From: Chiloscyllium plagiosum
Lineage: Eukaryota
Assembly: GCF_004010195.1 (NCBI RefSeq)
Contig: NC_057720.1
Location: 17,286,179-17,350,178, forward strand
Length of the DNA: 64,000 nucleotides
Direction of reading: 5' to 3'
Below are positions 11,904 to 24,499 of this stretch, piece after piece. Position 1 is the first letter of the stretch. Every line of letters starts with the position of its first letter. Both the position numbers and the translations under genes were made by a program. The notes beneath the pieces were generated by a model that made no database searches, was not told the origin of the DNA, and saw only the letters and a list, made by a program, of their open reading frames with translations.

Positions 11904-12509
11904 CTCCTATCCAGGATAATTTTCAAATTCCTATTGTGCAGTTGAAAAAACAGATATTAAAGCTTAGTTCAATGATCACAAAACACTAGAAAAGGGAAAA
12001 CAAGAATTAATATGCACATCAAAACAAACAAGAAAAAGTTATATATAACATTGTGCACAATATTTTTTCCTCCAAATCTGCACTAACCCACAGCTGCTGT
12101 AGAACTAACCTAAAACATATGTTCAATCATTAAAAACAAAAAAACATAGATCTGAATCCCTAATGTGTGGTTACATCATGACTAAGTATTAGTAACTATT
12201 TCTTAAAAGGGAAAGTCCACTGACCAGTGCTTTAAAAACAGTTACTGGAACCATTCTTTTTACATGAATACCATTAGTTATAACAATGCTTTGGTAATTC
12301 GCATTTTAATAGAAAAACATTGCACGTCTGCACAAAAAACCTTCAACATCATATAAAGCAAACTGAACACAGGACAAGAAGAAACAGTTATTTCAGGCTA
12401 AAAACTGGCTTTGCACATTGATGTAATGTTACCATTGTAAGTGTTCATACCAATTTCACTGGTATCACTCAATTTCCAACCAGAAGCATTATTCTATCAA
12501 ATTTCACTA

Positions 12510-12524
12510 CCAGTAGATGGCATC
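12510..12524 (+). promoter_or_regulatory. Candidate CTCF site
   Basis: CCAGTAGATGGCATC fits the core CCASYAGRKGGCR and lies in unique intronic sequence. Confidence 0.5.
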
Positions 12525-13322
12525 TGCAGCACTTTAATTGCTAACCAGTTTAACTGTCGTATTTTAAGCGACAGATCTTCATAAAAATAAGTAGAAGAGG
12601 ATCTTGTAAATCAGTGGCAGCATACCTATCTAACAGGCCAGAAAGTCTGAGTTCAAGTCCCAACTGCTCTGAAGTTGTCATAACATGCCCAAAATAGGAT
12701 GATTGAAAAAAATTATAAAAATTAGTTTGCTTGACTTTTTTTTTTGGGTGGAACTAAGAGTCCCGTAGCATACTGCAACAATATGATACAGTGATGTACT
12801 ATGCATTATAGTTATATTACTCCTTTAATTGCAAAACAAAGATTTATTTGAAGCCTTTTGTCAAGATGATGCCCTTTTAACAACTTTATCTGTCAGTCAG
12901 TCAAACAACAGGTATGCAAAGTACGTCCAGTAAGCAATTGGCGGTGTACAGGCAAAAGAATGAGTAAGATACTAAAAAGCCAATTCTATTCATTCATAAG
13001 CAAAGTATAAATGCAGCATATTCTTATTTTGAACTTCATAGTTCCATAAAGCATCATTAAATGAAGCAGTTTAAGGTGTACAGACACAAAAATCACATTA
13101 AAACTTTTTTCAGCTACCATTAAGAAGTGACAATGCCAGAGAACATCTTTGCATATTTCCACATGCAGGGTTTCTTTTTAAGTACACTTATGGGATGTCC
13201 GAGTTGGAGGCTAGGGCAGTATTTTATTGCCCATTCGGAAATGTCCTTTAGAAGGTACAAGTGAGTTACTTACTTGACCATTGCTGTCCACCTATACCTG
13301 TGGTGTAGGTAGTCCCAATTGT

Positions 13323-15520
13323 TAGAGTCATGTAAAGCATGGAAACAGACCCTTCAGATCAATTTGTCCATGCCAACCAGACATCCTAAATTAATCTAGT
13401 CCCATTTGCCAACATTTGGACCATATTCCTCTAAACCCTTCCAATTCATTTACTCATCCAGATGTCTCAAAATGTTGTAATTGTACCAGCCTCCACCACT
13501 TCCTCTAGCAGCTCATTCCTTACACACACCAACCTCTGCATAAAAAAGTTGCCCCTTAAGTTCCTTTTAAATCTTTCCCCTCTCACCTTAAACCTATACC
13601 CTCTAGTTTTGGACTCACCCATCTGGGGGAAAAGACCTTAGCTATTCATCCAATCTATGCCCCTTGTGATTTTATAAACCTCTCTAAGGTCACCCCTCAC
13701 CCTCCGACGCGCCAGGGAAAATAGCCCCAGCCTATTCAGACTCTCCCTATAGCACAAACCATCCAATCCTGGCAACATCCTTGTAAATCTTTTCTGAATC
13801 CTTTCAAGTTTCACAACATCGTTCCTATTGCAGGGATACCAGAATTGCATGCAGTATTCCAAAAATTGCCTAACCAATGTACTGTACGGCTGCAACATGA
13901 CCTAACTCCTACATTCAATGCACTGAACAAAAAGGCATGCATACAACATCTTCTTCACTATCCTGTTGACCTGGGACTTCACTTTCAAGGAACTATGAAC
14001 CAGCACTCCAAGGTCTCTTTGTTCAGCAACACTCCCCATGACCTTACCATTCAGTAAGTCCTGCCCTGATTTGCCTTTCCAAAATGCAGCATCTCACACT
14101 TATCTAAATTAAACTCCATCTGCCACTCCTCAGCCCATTGGCCCATCTGATCAAGATCCCATTTTAATCAGAGGTAACCTTCTTTGCTGTCCACTACACC
14201 TCCAATTTTGGTGTCATCTGCAAACTTACTAATTATACCTCCTTGTTCACATCATATCATTTGTAAAAATGATGAAAAGCAGTGGACCCAGCCCCAATCC
14301 TTACGGCATACCAAGTCATAGGTCTCCAGTCTGAAAAGCAACCCTCTACCAACACCTTCCGTCTTCAACATTCAAGCCAGTTCTGTATCCAAATGGCTGG
14401 CTCTCCGTGTCTTCCAGGTGATCTAACCTTCCTAATCAGTCTACCTTGTGGAACCTTGTTGAACACCTTACTGAAGTCCATATAGATCATGTCCACCACT
14501 CTGCCCTCATCAATCCCCTTCATTACATAGTCCAAAAACTCAAAGTCAATTTAGTGAGACACAATTTTCATGGACATAGCCATGCTGATTATCCCTAATT
14601 AGTCTTTGCATTTCCAAATCCTGTCCCTCGGGCTTCCCTCCAACAACATGCCCATCACTGATGTCAGGCTCACCAGTCTATAGTTCCCTGGCTTTTCCTT
14701 ACCACCTTTAAATAGTGGCACCACGTTAGCCAACCTCCAGTCTTCTGACACCTCATCTGTGGTTATCGATGATACAAATATCTCAGCAAGTGACCGAGCA
14801 ATCACTTCTCTAGCTTCCCACAGAATTCTAGGATACACCTGATCAGGTCCCAGGGATTTATCTACCTTTTTTGCATTTTAAGACATCCAGTACCACCTCC
14901 TGTGATATGGACATTTTTTCCAACATGTCGCTATTATTTTCCCACATTCTATTATCTTGCATATCCTTCTCCACTGTAAACACTGATGCAAAATACCCAT
15001 TTAGTATCTACCTCATCTGAGGAGTTTACACACACATGCGGCCTTACTGATTTTTAGGGGACCCTATTCTCTCCCTAGTTATACTTTTGTCCTTAATGTA
15101 TTTATAGAATCCCTTTGGATTCTCCTTAACCCTATTTGCCAAAGCAATCTCATGTCCCCTTTTTGCTCTCCTGATTTCTTTATGTGTACTCTTACTGCCT
15201 TTCCACTCTTCCAGGGATTCACTTGATCCCTGCTTATGCTTCCTTCTTATTCCTGACCAAAACCTCAATTTCTCTGGTCATCCAGTATCCCCTCCACCTC
15301 CCAGTCTTGTCTTTCACCCTAACAGGAATATACTGTCTATGGATTCTCGTTACCTAATTTTTGAAGGCCTCCCATATCCCAGCTGTCCTATTTACATGCG
15401 AACATCCACTTCCAATCAACTTTTGAAAGTTTATGCCTAATACCATCAAAATTCACCTTCCTCCAATTTAGAACTCCAACTTTTAAATCCAGTCTATCCT
15501 TTTCCATCACTATTTTAAAA
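13323..15520 (-). mobile_element. 5'-truncated CR1 (HER1-type) LINE, ORF2 + 3' UTR
   Basis: YPRILWEAREVIA...EDWRLANVVPLFKGGKEKPGNYR, KLERIQKRFTRMLPG; frameshifted. Confidence 0.92.
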
Positions 15521-16439
15521 CCAGTGACAGAGTGTTCCAGGATTTTGACCCAAAAACAAATGAAGAAACAGTGATGTAGTTGCAAGTGAGGATGTGTGGG
15601 CTGGAGGGAAAATTTACGGTTGATGGTAGAAAAGATTTCTTTACACTGACCTTAGTACTCTACTTTGCTGTGAAGGGGACAACCTTACTATTCTACCAAT
15701 TGCACTTCACCATCCACAGATGCTACCCTAAGGCCAGAGGCTGCAGTATAACTGCCCGTATAAAGCAGATTCATCTGAAGGCAATTATTGCACAGAATAT
15801 TTCTAAGAAATATGCTTTTGGTACTTGCATTTTCATGCTGTAAAGTATTAACCCAACAAATATTCTAAAAGCCATTTTAATTCTTCTCTCCAGCACTTGA
15901 GCAATAGTGTTGGAATGGTAATAAGGCATCATTGTTTTCTACTGGTGCATTTTTCTGCCCTCAGTAGTAAGGTCCTATGCTACATCACAAAACCATTATT
16001 GTTCCTTCCTTCAGGTTCTGGTCTCAACATCTCTCTTTCAGCATTTTAAAAAAAAAGTCACAAAAACATGGAGAATCTCGTTCTTCCTCTCAACATCTGA
16101 TCTCACCATCTTTCTTTCTGTATAATCTCTTGCAAACTGTAACTCTACACTGCAAAGTCTTGTCAACTGAACTCCAACAATTATCATGAAGTAGTTAAAG
16201 AACATACTCAGCAAGCAACAACACAAAAACAGTAGGATAGCTAACTGCAGGGAGAGATTACATGGCTTAGCATATGGCACACTATTTTTGTAGTTGTTGC
16301 ATATTAATTGTAACTCATGCAACACCAATTCTGTCAACATACAAAAACAGTTCAGAAGATCTGTTAGCAAGTTAATACTTTGGCCCTTTTCAAAGGGTTT
16401 CACTCAATGAAACATCCAGCAAATACTCTTCACATGCAA

Positions 16440-16810
16440 TTAAGATGCTGAGGTAGAAAACTTCACTTTGTGCACACAACCTTCCCCCAAGCCCTTGAGC
16501 ACATTACCAAAGTGACACTTCAGAGCAGTACTCATAAAAGCTGCACGTGGCAATTAAATCAAGATTCTGCCTATTCCTGCCTTCTCCTCGTACCACAAAG
16601 ATTATTTATTCATTCCTTCATTGACCAACTTCACTTAAAATAGGTTACCCGGTCATTATCTCTTTGTTGTTTATTGGAATGTGCTGGTTACAAATTAGCT
16701 GCTGCATTGTCAATATTATAAACATTCACTATACTTCAAATAGTATTTCATTGCCTATGAAGCTTATAATGTCTTGAGATTGTTAAAGGAATTGTACAAC
16801 TTCAAATATA
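16440..16810 (+). mobile_element. Old Deu-type SINE remnant
   Basis: gtcattatc...ttgtttattggaatgtgctg...aaattagctgctgcatt...acttcaaatagtatttcattg resembles the 3' half of the other copies. Confidence 0.4.
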
Positions 16811-17828
16811 ACTTTAAACAGCACATCCTAGTAAAAGCCATGACTCCTTGCTTACACTTCAATAATAAAAAATGCCAATATCAAATATTTTGATTGTACC
16901 ATCTGTGTCTACAGTTGACTGAGGTTGCACTTTCATCTATGGCTTCAGTTTCATTCATTATCGTGGTATTTTTTTAAGGATAGATAAGATAATATAATTA
17001 ACATCTATAATAATTAGTTTAACCATTTCAGGACTTGCAGCATAACGTTTTACAAAGATATACATGCCAAATAAAAGAAAAATGAAAACATTTCTTACTG
17101 GCGATATACTAAGCCAGTCAGCAAAACAAACTAATGCTAACAATCACATGTTCCTTAGTGAATGTATTTAATTTCAATTTATAGCTATATGGCATGTAAA
17201 AATTAACATTACGACTGTACCCCATATATACATTGAAGTAACGACTGCTATTATTTTAGTTGCTCTGTTACTTCAAGTGTCGGGATTCCTGAACTGATAC
17301 CGCATGAGTCATATTGCTCGAAGTTTGGTGACTGAAAATCGATATTAACATACTTCTTTTAAAGACAATGCAGTATTCGGTTTATCCCGTTTACTCTTAT
17401 AGGCTGAAAGCGCCTATGTGAAAAGCATATAGAACAAAACCGTTCCAAAAACTGCTCCCGTCCAAACGGATAAGACAGATGATATACACTATGGTCAGTA
17501 CGTAAAAAAGTTCCATACTACTCACTGCTCCTTCGTTTCAGAAGTGATGCAAAAAAAACTTCTTTCTGCAAGTCGTGAAAAATATGCAACGGACTTATAG
17601 GTGTGAACATCGGGAGGTGCACACGTGAAGGATGGGACTCAAATCAAACCCCAACCCTCCCCCAAAAACAAAACCTCACACGATGAGCAACCGCTTTAAG
17701 AAAGTGCTGCAACATGTCAGACACAAATTGAGTTCGTGTTCCAAAAACAGATTGCTCTGCAACTAATCTCCACTTTCCAGACCACATTCAGATCAAGTCT
17801 CACCATCTGATTGACCAAGTTTACTCAC

Positions 17829-18100
17829 CTCGAGCTGTCAAAAAGACAAGGGCGCAGCAGGGGAAAAAGAAGACACACTTCCACAGGCCCGAATCTGAAG
17901 ACCCCCCCCCCCAACTCTCACTAACTCTCCAACTGAACCCCTTAAACTCTGATCTCGGAGAATCTTACAAGCACATGTAAAGAGTGTCTCAAATACAACA
18001 GACGGCGTAAGTTTGTCAGCTCTCCGTCCGGCGGAGCTGGAGCTGAATGAGGTTCTCTCACACACGACCCTCCTGCACCAACTCTACGGCCAGCGTCGCT
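17829..18100 (-). other. tgfbr3: Probable non-coding exon 1 (TSS end approximate)
   Basis: Consensus donor GAG|GTGAGTAA at 17829/17828 directly downstream of a CpG-rich promoter. Same strand as the exon at 2980-3208, giving an intron of ~14.6 kb. Confidence 0.55.
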
Positions 18101-18300
18101 GAAACTAGTCGCAATGCGCATGCGGTCTATCATATCGTGACCACGCCCCTCTCCACTGCTCCGACCACTGTGACCCCGCCTCCTCCTTCCAGTCACGCCC
18201 CAAACCCACTGACTCCGCCCCCTTCAACGGAGCCCGGCCAGCAACCCTTGGACCCCGCCCCACACGGCCAGGCCTCTGATTGGAGGAACGATTGGTGTAT
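18100..18300 (-). promoter_or_regulatory. CpG-island promoter: five Sp/KLF GC boxes, two CCAAT boxes, NRF1-like site
   Basis: ccacgcccc 18141, ccccgcctc ~18174, cacgcccc ~18194, ctccgcccc ~18212, ccccgcccc ~18253. gattgg at ~18278 and ~18290. tgcgcatgcg at 18115-18124. Confidence 0.85.
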
Positions 18301-18465
18301 CATTTTCACCACCCAAAGACCCCGAGTCACATCCAGGGGTGCTTTTAGGTGGCACAATGGGCGAGGGGCTTAGTTATGATTTGAACTTAATAATATTTTG
18401 CATCATCTTTAGATGTGCGGGTTCGCCTGGTTAAGATTTAGTGAGGATGCAGTTTAGGGCTACGG

Positions 18466-18557
18466 AGTTAAAAATCACACAACACCCGGTTATAGTCCAG
18501 CAGAGTTAATTGGAAGCACTAGCTTTCGAAGCACTGCTCCTTCATCAAGTGGTTGTC
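18466..18557 (-). mobile_element. Terminus of a further Penelope-like family with hammerhead-like motif (second copy ~35391-35515)
   Basis: - strand (C/U)UGAUGA-AGGAGC-AGU-GCUUC-GAAAGCUA. Shares aaaaatcac..aacac..ggttatagtcca with 35391. Confidence 0.55.
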
Positions 18558-19104
18558 AGGGCTGCGGAGATATTGAGTTAAGTCGGAAGTAGAGGGCTGG
18601 GAGGCGGATGAAGGAATGCCTTCAAAGCAAAACCTGAAAACCCGGGGCAGTGCGAATCCTACAGATGATAGGCTGGCTCTCTGCTGAGGGAAATTTGTTC
18701 CGTTCTGTGAAAAAGGCGAGAAATTTGACCTTCTCGAAGCGTGTACCTGAGGGTTGGTGTTCTTCTCAGTACGGGGTTTCCTACTACACATTTGATATCT
18801 CTATAAAATAAATAATCATTAAGTATCAGCCTGCAAAAAGCCTGCGCTGGTATTGTCCCATGCGCAAGTCCTAAGATGTACAGTACTTTAAAAAAAAATG
18901 GAAACGCGTTTTATTTCTCAGTGGAGAAATGTACTTGCCGCAAAAAACAAGGCAGAAGCATATGCAGCTATCTTCCACCTTGTCCAGTTCCTTGGATTTC
19001 TCAATATCATCGACACCAATCGTCAGACAATTTATTTAACTTCACGTGATAGCAAGAAACTATTGGCTGAAGATGTTGGATACAGCAGAAGCTGCAGGCC
19101 CTGA

Positions 19105-19445
19105 CAGCAAACTGGAGGAACTACACCTTGTCTTCTACCTGGGCTGCCTCTCCAATTTCAAATAACCCCTCCCTCCCCCTCCCTCCCCCTCCCCTTCCAC
19201 CCCACCCAGCCACCTACTGATTCATTCCTCCCATTGACAACCAGGTTATACCCTCTGCCTGTCTGCACCTCGCCCCACTCCACCACCCTGCCCCTCCTTT
19301 TATTTACAGCTCTCCCTACATCCACCCCCAATCCTGAAGAAAGGTTACACCTGAAATGTTGACTTCTCCACCTCCTGATGCTGCTTGGCTTGCTGTGTTC
19401 TCCAGCCTCCTGTCTACTTTGGATTCCAGCATCTGCATTTTTTTT
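19105..19445 (+). mobile_element. Penelope-like 3' end fragment
   Basis: aaactggaggaa..acacct..tcttc, C-rich spacer, ctgaagaaagg..acctgaaatgttgac, then the gatgctgc..gg..gctgtgttctccagc terminus. Confidence 0.7.
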
Positions 19446-19639
19446 GTCTCTGACAAAATTGCAGCAGTTAAGAGTCAGAGTCACGTGCTGACGATTTTTC
19501 CTCCAGTTGAACCAAACTGTTCCAGTACAGCTACACCGCTAGTGTTAACCTGACAGTGCTGAAAATTTCTTGGGGATGTCCTGTCCATTTAAAGCGGGAC
19601 AAAATGTTTAGGAAGTCCAATTACTGTCCCAATAATCAA

Positions 19640-20540
19640 TGCTTGATCATTAGCAAAGTTGTGGATGGTATCAACAGTGCTACCAGGCAGTGCTTCCATA
19701 GCAACTACCTGCTCACTGACATTAGTTTTGAAATCCATCAGGGCTTGTCTGCTTATGACCTCATTATAGCTTTGGTCTGAACATGGACAAACAGCTGAAC
19801 TCAAGAGGTGAGGTCAGAGTGATGTACAATGAGGTACAATGTTCAATATCATTTGTGATTCCTCAGGTACTCAAGCTGTCCATGCCAATATGCATTAAAT
19901 CTTGGGTCAATGAATGGCAAATAATATTCGCACCACAAAAGTACCAGATTATGGCCATATCTAATGAGAGGATCTAACCATCTTCACTTGATGTTCAATG
20001 GAATTACCACCACTGAACCCATTCAGCAGTCAGAGGCTGGGCATTCTGCAGCAAGTAACTCATCTACAGACACCCAAAAGCCTGTCCCAACATCTGCAAG
20101 ACAGAAATATGGGATGGAATACTTCCCACTTGCATGGATGAGTGCAGCTACAACAATACCCAAAAGCTTGACACTATCCTGGACAAAGCAGTGTTTCATT
20201 AGCCTCCACTTCACCAGTTTAAAACATTCATTCCCAATACCAAATCACTGACAACAATATGCAAGATGCAATTCACCAAGGCGCCTTTGATAGCAGCATC
20301 CAAACACTCAACCTCTACCAACTGGAAGGACAAGGGCAGCTGATGTGTGGAAAAACCACTTCCTACTTGTACATTCCATCTATCCACACACCAATCCTGG
20401 GACTTCCTAATAAAACTCTGTATTATAGCTACATCAAATGGTCTGAAATGGTTCAAGATGGCTCACCACCACCTTCTTGAGAATATGTAGGGATGGGTAA
20501 TTAATGCTGACAGAGATAGTGGCATTCCCCATCCTGCAAA
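19640..20540 (+). mobile_element. L2/CR1-group LINE RT and tail fragment
   Basis: Colinear with 28470-28826 + 30555-31300 and with 3530-4305. Confidence 0.65.
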
Positions 20541-21454
20541 ATAATATATAAGGGGCAGGGAAAAATGGTGGCCTGGCATTCTAGATAGTAAGGAGGTTCT
20601 TTAAGCAAAATGTAATGTAAATCAATTTCTCAACTTGATGTGGGACTGACTCATTTTGATATACAAATCGCATTATTTTGAAGTATGTCACACACACCTT
20701 AGAAGTAAACATTTCATGAAAGAATGCTATTAATCTAACTGCTTAAATATTCAATTTGACGATTTTCTGAACTTCCATTCCTCCGTCAATTCCAGTTTGG
20801 TGTTATCGTCAAATTTGATGAATTGGCATTAAGCTTTTGAATTCATATCATGATTTAAATTAGAAAAATGTTGGCACAACACAAACTTTGTCATCACACA
20901 CATCACTCCCCTCTTACACCAACATAACTTCTGACAAATACCTGTTGTTTCCCACCATTTATCAATTTTCTAACATCTTGAATATTAGAGTTTTGAACTT
21001 AACTGATGGAATTCTATCCAGAAAACGATTAAATGCTTGTTGCAAATCCATGTGTATCACATAAATATAAGATCTACTTTAATTGCCTTTTCTTTGAAAC
21101 CTAGAGTGTTGATTAGCCAGGATCGTCTACGTCTGAATCCGTGATAATTGATTAGAATCAGGGTAATCGATATTTACACTTAATAATTACACCTATTATT
21201 TTACACTGAATTAAAAAGGAATTATCTAGTCTTGAGCTTCCTACACAAGCCTATTTCTAATTTACTGAGCCTACCCAGTGACTCCCCCTTAAACGTTGTT
21301 AGAAGTTTATAAATGTACCATCTATTCCTAAGAAAATATCTGTTTTGAGTTATTTTTACTGACCTAAGACTTCCATCTCATTTCTCAAAAGTTGTTTCTG
21401 GGAAGGGTCTATTACCCTTAATTTCGATTGTGGATACTGGTACAAAGTAGTTCA

Positions 21455-21810
21455 CAGTGGCTGCAACAGAAGGTCATGCATTCAAATTGCACATCAGAGA
21501 TTTGAGCAAAGATTCAGGCTGATATCCCATGCAATATGAAGGAATACTGCATTGTCATCTTTGAGTTAGAAGTTTAAACTGGAGGATCCATCGCCGTCTC
21601 AAGTGGAACTGAAATAATCTATGATATTATTTTGAAGAATATCAGGTGAACTCACCCAAATGTTCTGATTAATATTTTCACTCAGCTGAAGAAACAAAAT
21701 TAATTGGAACAGATCATCTAGGAGTTCAATGGACACACAGATTGGCATGTTTCCTATATTAGATACACTTTTAAAGTTAAAGTACTTAAGCAATTTGAAA
21801 AGTTATGAGG
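21455..21810 (+). mobile_element. Old tRNA-derived Deu-type SINE
   Basis: Degenerate B box (cattcaaat), then a central domain similar to 50996-51230. Confidence 0.5.
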
Positions 21811-22009
21811 GCAAGAAAAGAACTGAGTTATTGCAAGTTTGTCTTCTCTTATATGATATCTACTATCTTGTGTTCATTTTCTATGTCAACTCCATAGGAG
21901 TCTTTCATGGCTGTTGATTCCCATGTTCCTGCTGAAGTTCAGCAATACCATAGCATCTTGTCTCTCCAACACTGCGGCTGGGATACAGTCCATCTTCCGC
22001 AGCTACAAC

Positions 22010-23325
22010 ACCACTCCCTACCTTTTTGTCCGCCACATCGATGACTGCATTGATGCCACCACATGGAGGTTGAACAGTTCATCGACTACACAAACATTGT
22101 CCACCCCGACCTCAAGTTCACCTGCACCATCTCTGACATCTCCCTCCCCATCTCCATTTCTGGCAACTGACTCAACTGCTACAAACCCACCAACTCCCAC
22201 AGCTACCTAGGCCACACCTTCTCCCACCCTGCCTCCTGCAAAACATTATCCCTTACTCCAAATTCCTCTGCCTCATCTGCTCCACCATAGAACATCCCAG
22301 ATGGCCTCCTTCTTCAAGGACCACAATTTGCCCTCCAATGTATTCAAAAATGCCCTCCAGAACATCACCTCCACTTTCTGCACCTCTGCCCTTGAACACC
22401 ACCCCTCCAACAAAGACAGAACCCCACGGTCCCCGCCTTCCACCCCACCAACCTCCAGATAAAACACATCATCCTCTGCCATTTCAGCCACTTTCAAACA
22501 GCCCCTACCACTACAGATATACTAGCTTTCCACAACTATCTGCATTCCACAGAGACCATTCCCTCTGCAACTCCCTTGTTAGGTCCACGCTCCCCACCAA
22601 CCCACTCTCCATGCCTGGCACCTTCCCCTACCACCACAAGAAGTACACAACCTGCACCAACAACACCCTCCCTTCACGTCTGTCCAAGGCCCAAAGGATC
22701 CTTCCACATCCAACAGAGATTTATCTGTACTTCCACACACATCATCTACTGTGTCTGTTGCTCTCAATGTGGTCTCCACTACATTGGGGAGACAGGATGC
22801 CAACTTGTGGAACATTTCAGAGAACACCTCTGGGACACATGCACTAAACAACCATACCACCCTGTGACTGAACATTTCAATTCCCCCTCCCATTCCATCA
22901 AGGGCATATAAGTCCTTGGCCGCCTCCACCACCAAATTCTAGCCACCCGACGCTTGGAGGAAGAATCCCTCCTTGGGACCCTCCAACCACACAGGATCAA
23001 TGTTGATTTTACCAGTTTCCTCATTTCCCTGCCCCACCTTATTCCACAAGTAACCCTCTAACTTGGCACTGCCCTTTTGAAATGTACTACCTGTCCATTT
23101 TTCTTCCCACCTATCCACACCACCCTCCTCTCTGATCTATCACCATCACCCACCCACCAATCTACCTATTGCATTCCCAGCTAGCTTCCCCCCAACCCCA
23201 TTCCATTTATCTCTCAGCCTCCTTGCCCCCTCCCTCCCCATTCCTGATGAAAAGCTTATGCTCGAAACGTCAATTCTCCTGCTCCTCGGATGCTGCCTGA
23301 CCAGCTGTGCTTCTCCAGCACCAGA
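22010..23325 (+). mobile_element. 5'-truncated Penelope-like element (RT C-terminus, GIY-YIG, 3' terminus), second family
   Basis: PYLFVRHIDDCI (RT YIDD motif). FICTSTHIIYCVCCSQCGLHYIGETG...FREHL (GIY-YIG with Cys pairs). Ends ctgatga..gaaacgtc + gatgctgcctgacc, the same terminus found in the mini-insertions. Confidence 0.9.
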
Positions 23326-23732
23326 GTTTGGGGTATCCAATCAAGGTGTCACTGCTTTTGAAATATAATGCTCCAGGAGGAAAAGAGTACAAGACTAATC
23401 TCTAAGCAGACTATGCTTGAATGATCAAAATATTAGGGAAGCATAGAGGAAAGTACTTTTTATAAACATTGAGCCCCATTCCCCCCATCTTTCCCACCAG
23501 GCCTCTTATTACTGGAAAGTGTTGATATATACCTTCATGGGATATGAGCCTCACTGGTTGGTCAATATTTATTGCACATCCCTAGTTGTCCTTGAGACAG
23601 TGGTCAGCTGCCTTCTTGAACTGCTGCAGCACAATAAAGCCAATGATTTGAATTCAAAATCTCGATGACAAGTTATAGATTCAGTTTTCTTATGTGGTCA
23701 GTGTAATGTTGATAACTCACCTGTATTCTTTG

Positions 23733-23868
23733 TAGGTTAGAGTGGTGGTGGAAAAGCACAGCAAGTCAAGCAGCATCCGAGGAGCAGGAAAATCAATGTT
23801 TCAGGCAGGAGCCCTTCACCACTCTAAGCTTGACTCTAATCTACAGCATCTGTGTTCCTCATTTTTGC
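23733..23868. mobile_element. Fold-back Penelope-terminus mini-insertion
   Basis: Inverted terminal pieces. TSD cctgtattYtttg at 23720-23732 and 23869-23881. Confidence 0.75.
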
Positions 23869-24042
23869 CCTGTATTTTTTGAATCTTTACAAGGTGATTA
23901 TGGAGGGCCCGTACAGTACAACCCATTTAGAATTGAGCTGTCTCCTTTACATTCTCATGTGTTCACAGGTAGGTACTGGTGTTCAACATTTGGTTAAGGG
24001 GAACACTAAATATTTTTCTCCAATTGAAACATAATCAACAAG

Positions 24043-24350
24043 GGATGGCACATTGGTTAGCACTGCAGCCTCACTGCACTAGAGACCTGGGTTCGATTCC
24101 AATCGCGGGCAACTGTGTGTGGAGTTTGCATATTCTCCCCGTGTCTGGGTGGGTTTCCTCCGGGTGCTGCGGTTCCCTCCCACAGTCCAAAGATGTGCAG
24201 ATTACATGGGTCGACCATACTAAATTGCCCATTGTATCCAGGTTGTATGGGTTAGCCATGGGAAATGTAGGGATACATGGTGTGGGGTCTGGGTGGGATG
24301 CTCTTTGGAGGATCCGTGTGGACTTGATGGGCCAAATGGCCTGCTTCCAA
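24043..24350 (+). mobile_element. HE1-type (V-domain) tRNA-derived SINE
   Basis: A box tggcacattgg, B box ggttcgattcc, V-domain tgtgtggagtttgcatattctccccgtgtctg, CR1-like tail. Confidence 0.88.
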
Positions 24351-24499
24351 TTTATTGATGTAAAAATCCACTAGGATGAATGGTCAAAGTTTAAATGCAG
24401 ATGTATATGTTTGATGTTTTAGTTGGAACGCATGATGCCCTCCCGTCTAATGACTGTGGAAATGAGCTTTAAGGAAGAAGCGTGTTCGGTGCAAGAACT

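Noticed and set aside
16038..16403. 121-aa ORF on the - strand
   Set aside because: No recognisable domain or convincing splice sites; AT-rich intronic sequence.
17520..17540. Alternative donor GCA|GTGAGTAG on the - strand
   Set aside because: Weaker exon-side match and no clear acceptor or TSS. It cannot be supported without transcripts.
17838..18373. GC-rich ORFs over the CpG island
   Set aside because: An expected by-product of high GC content. They are low-complexity and overlap promoter motifs.
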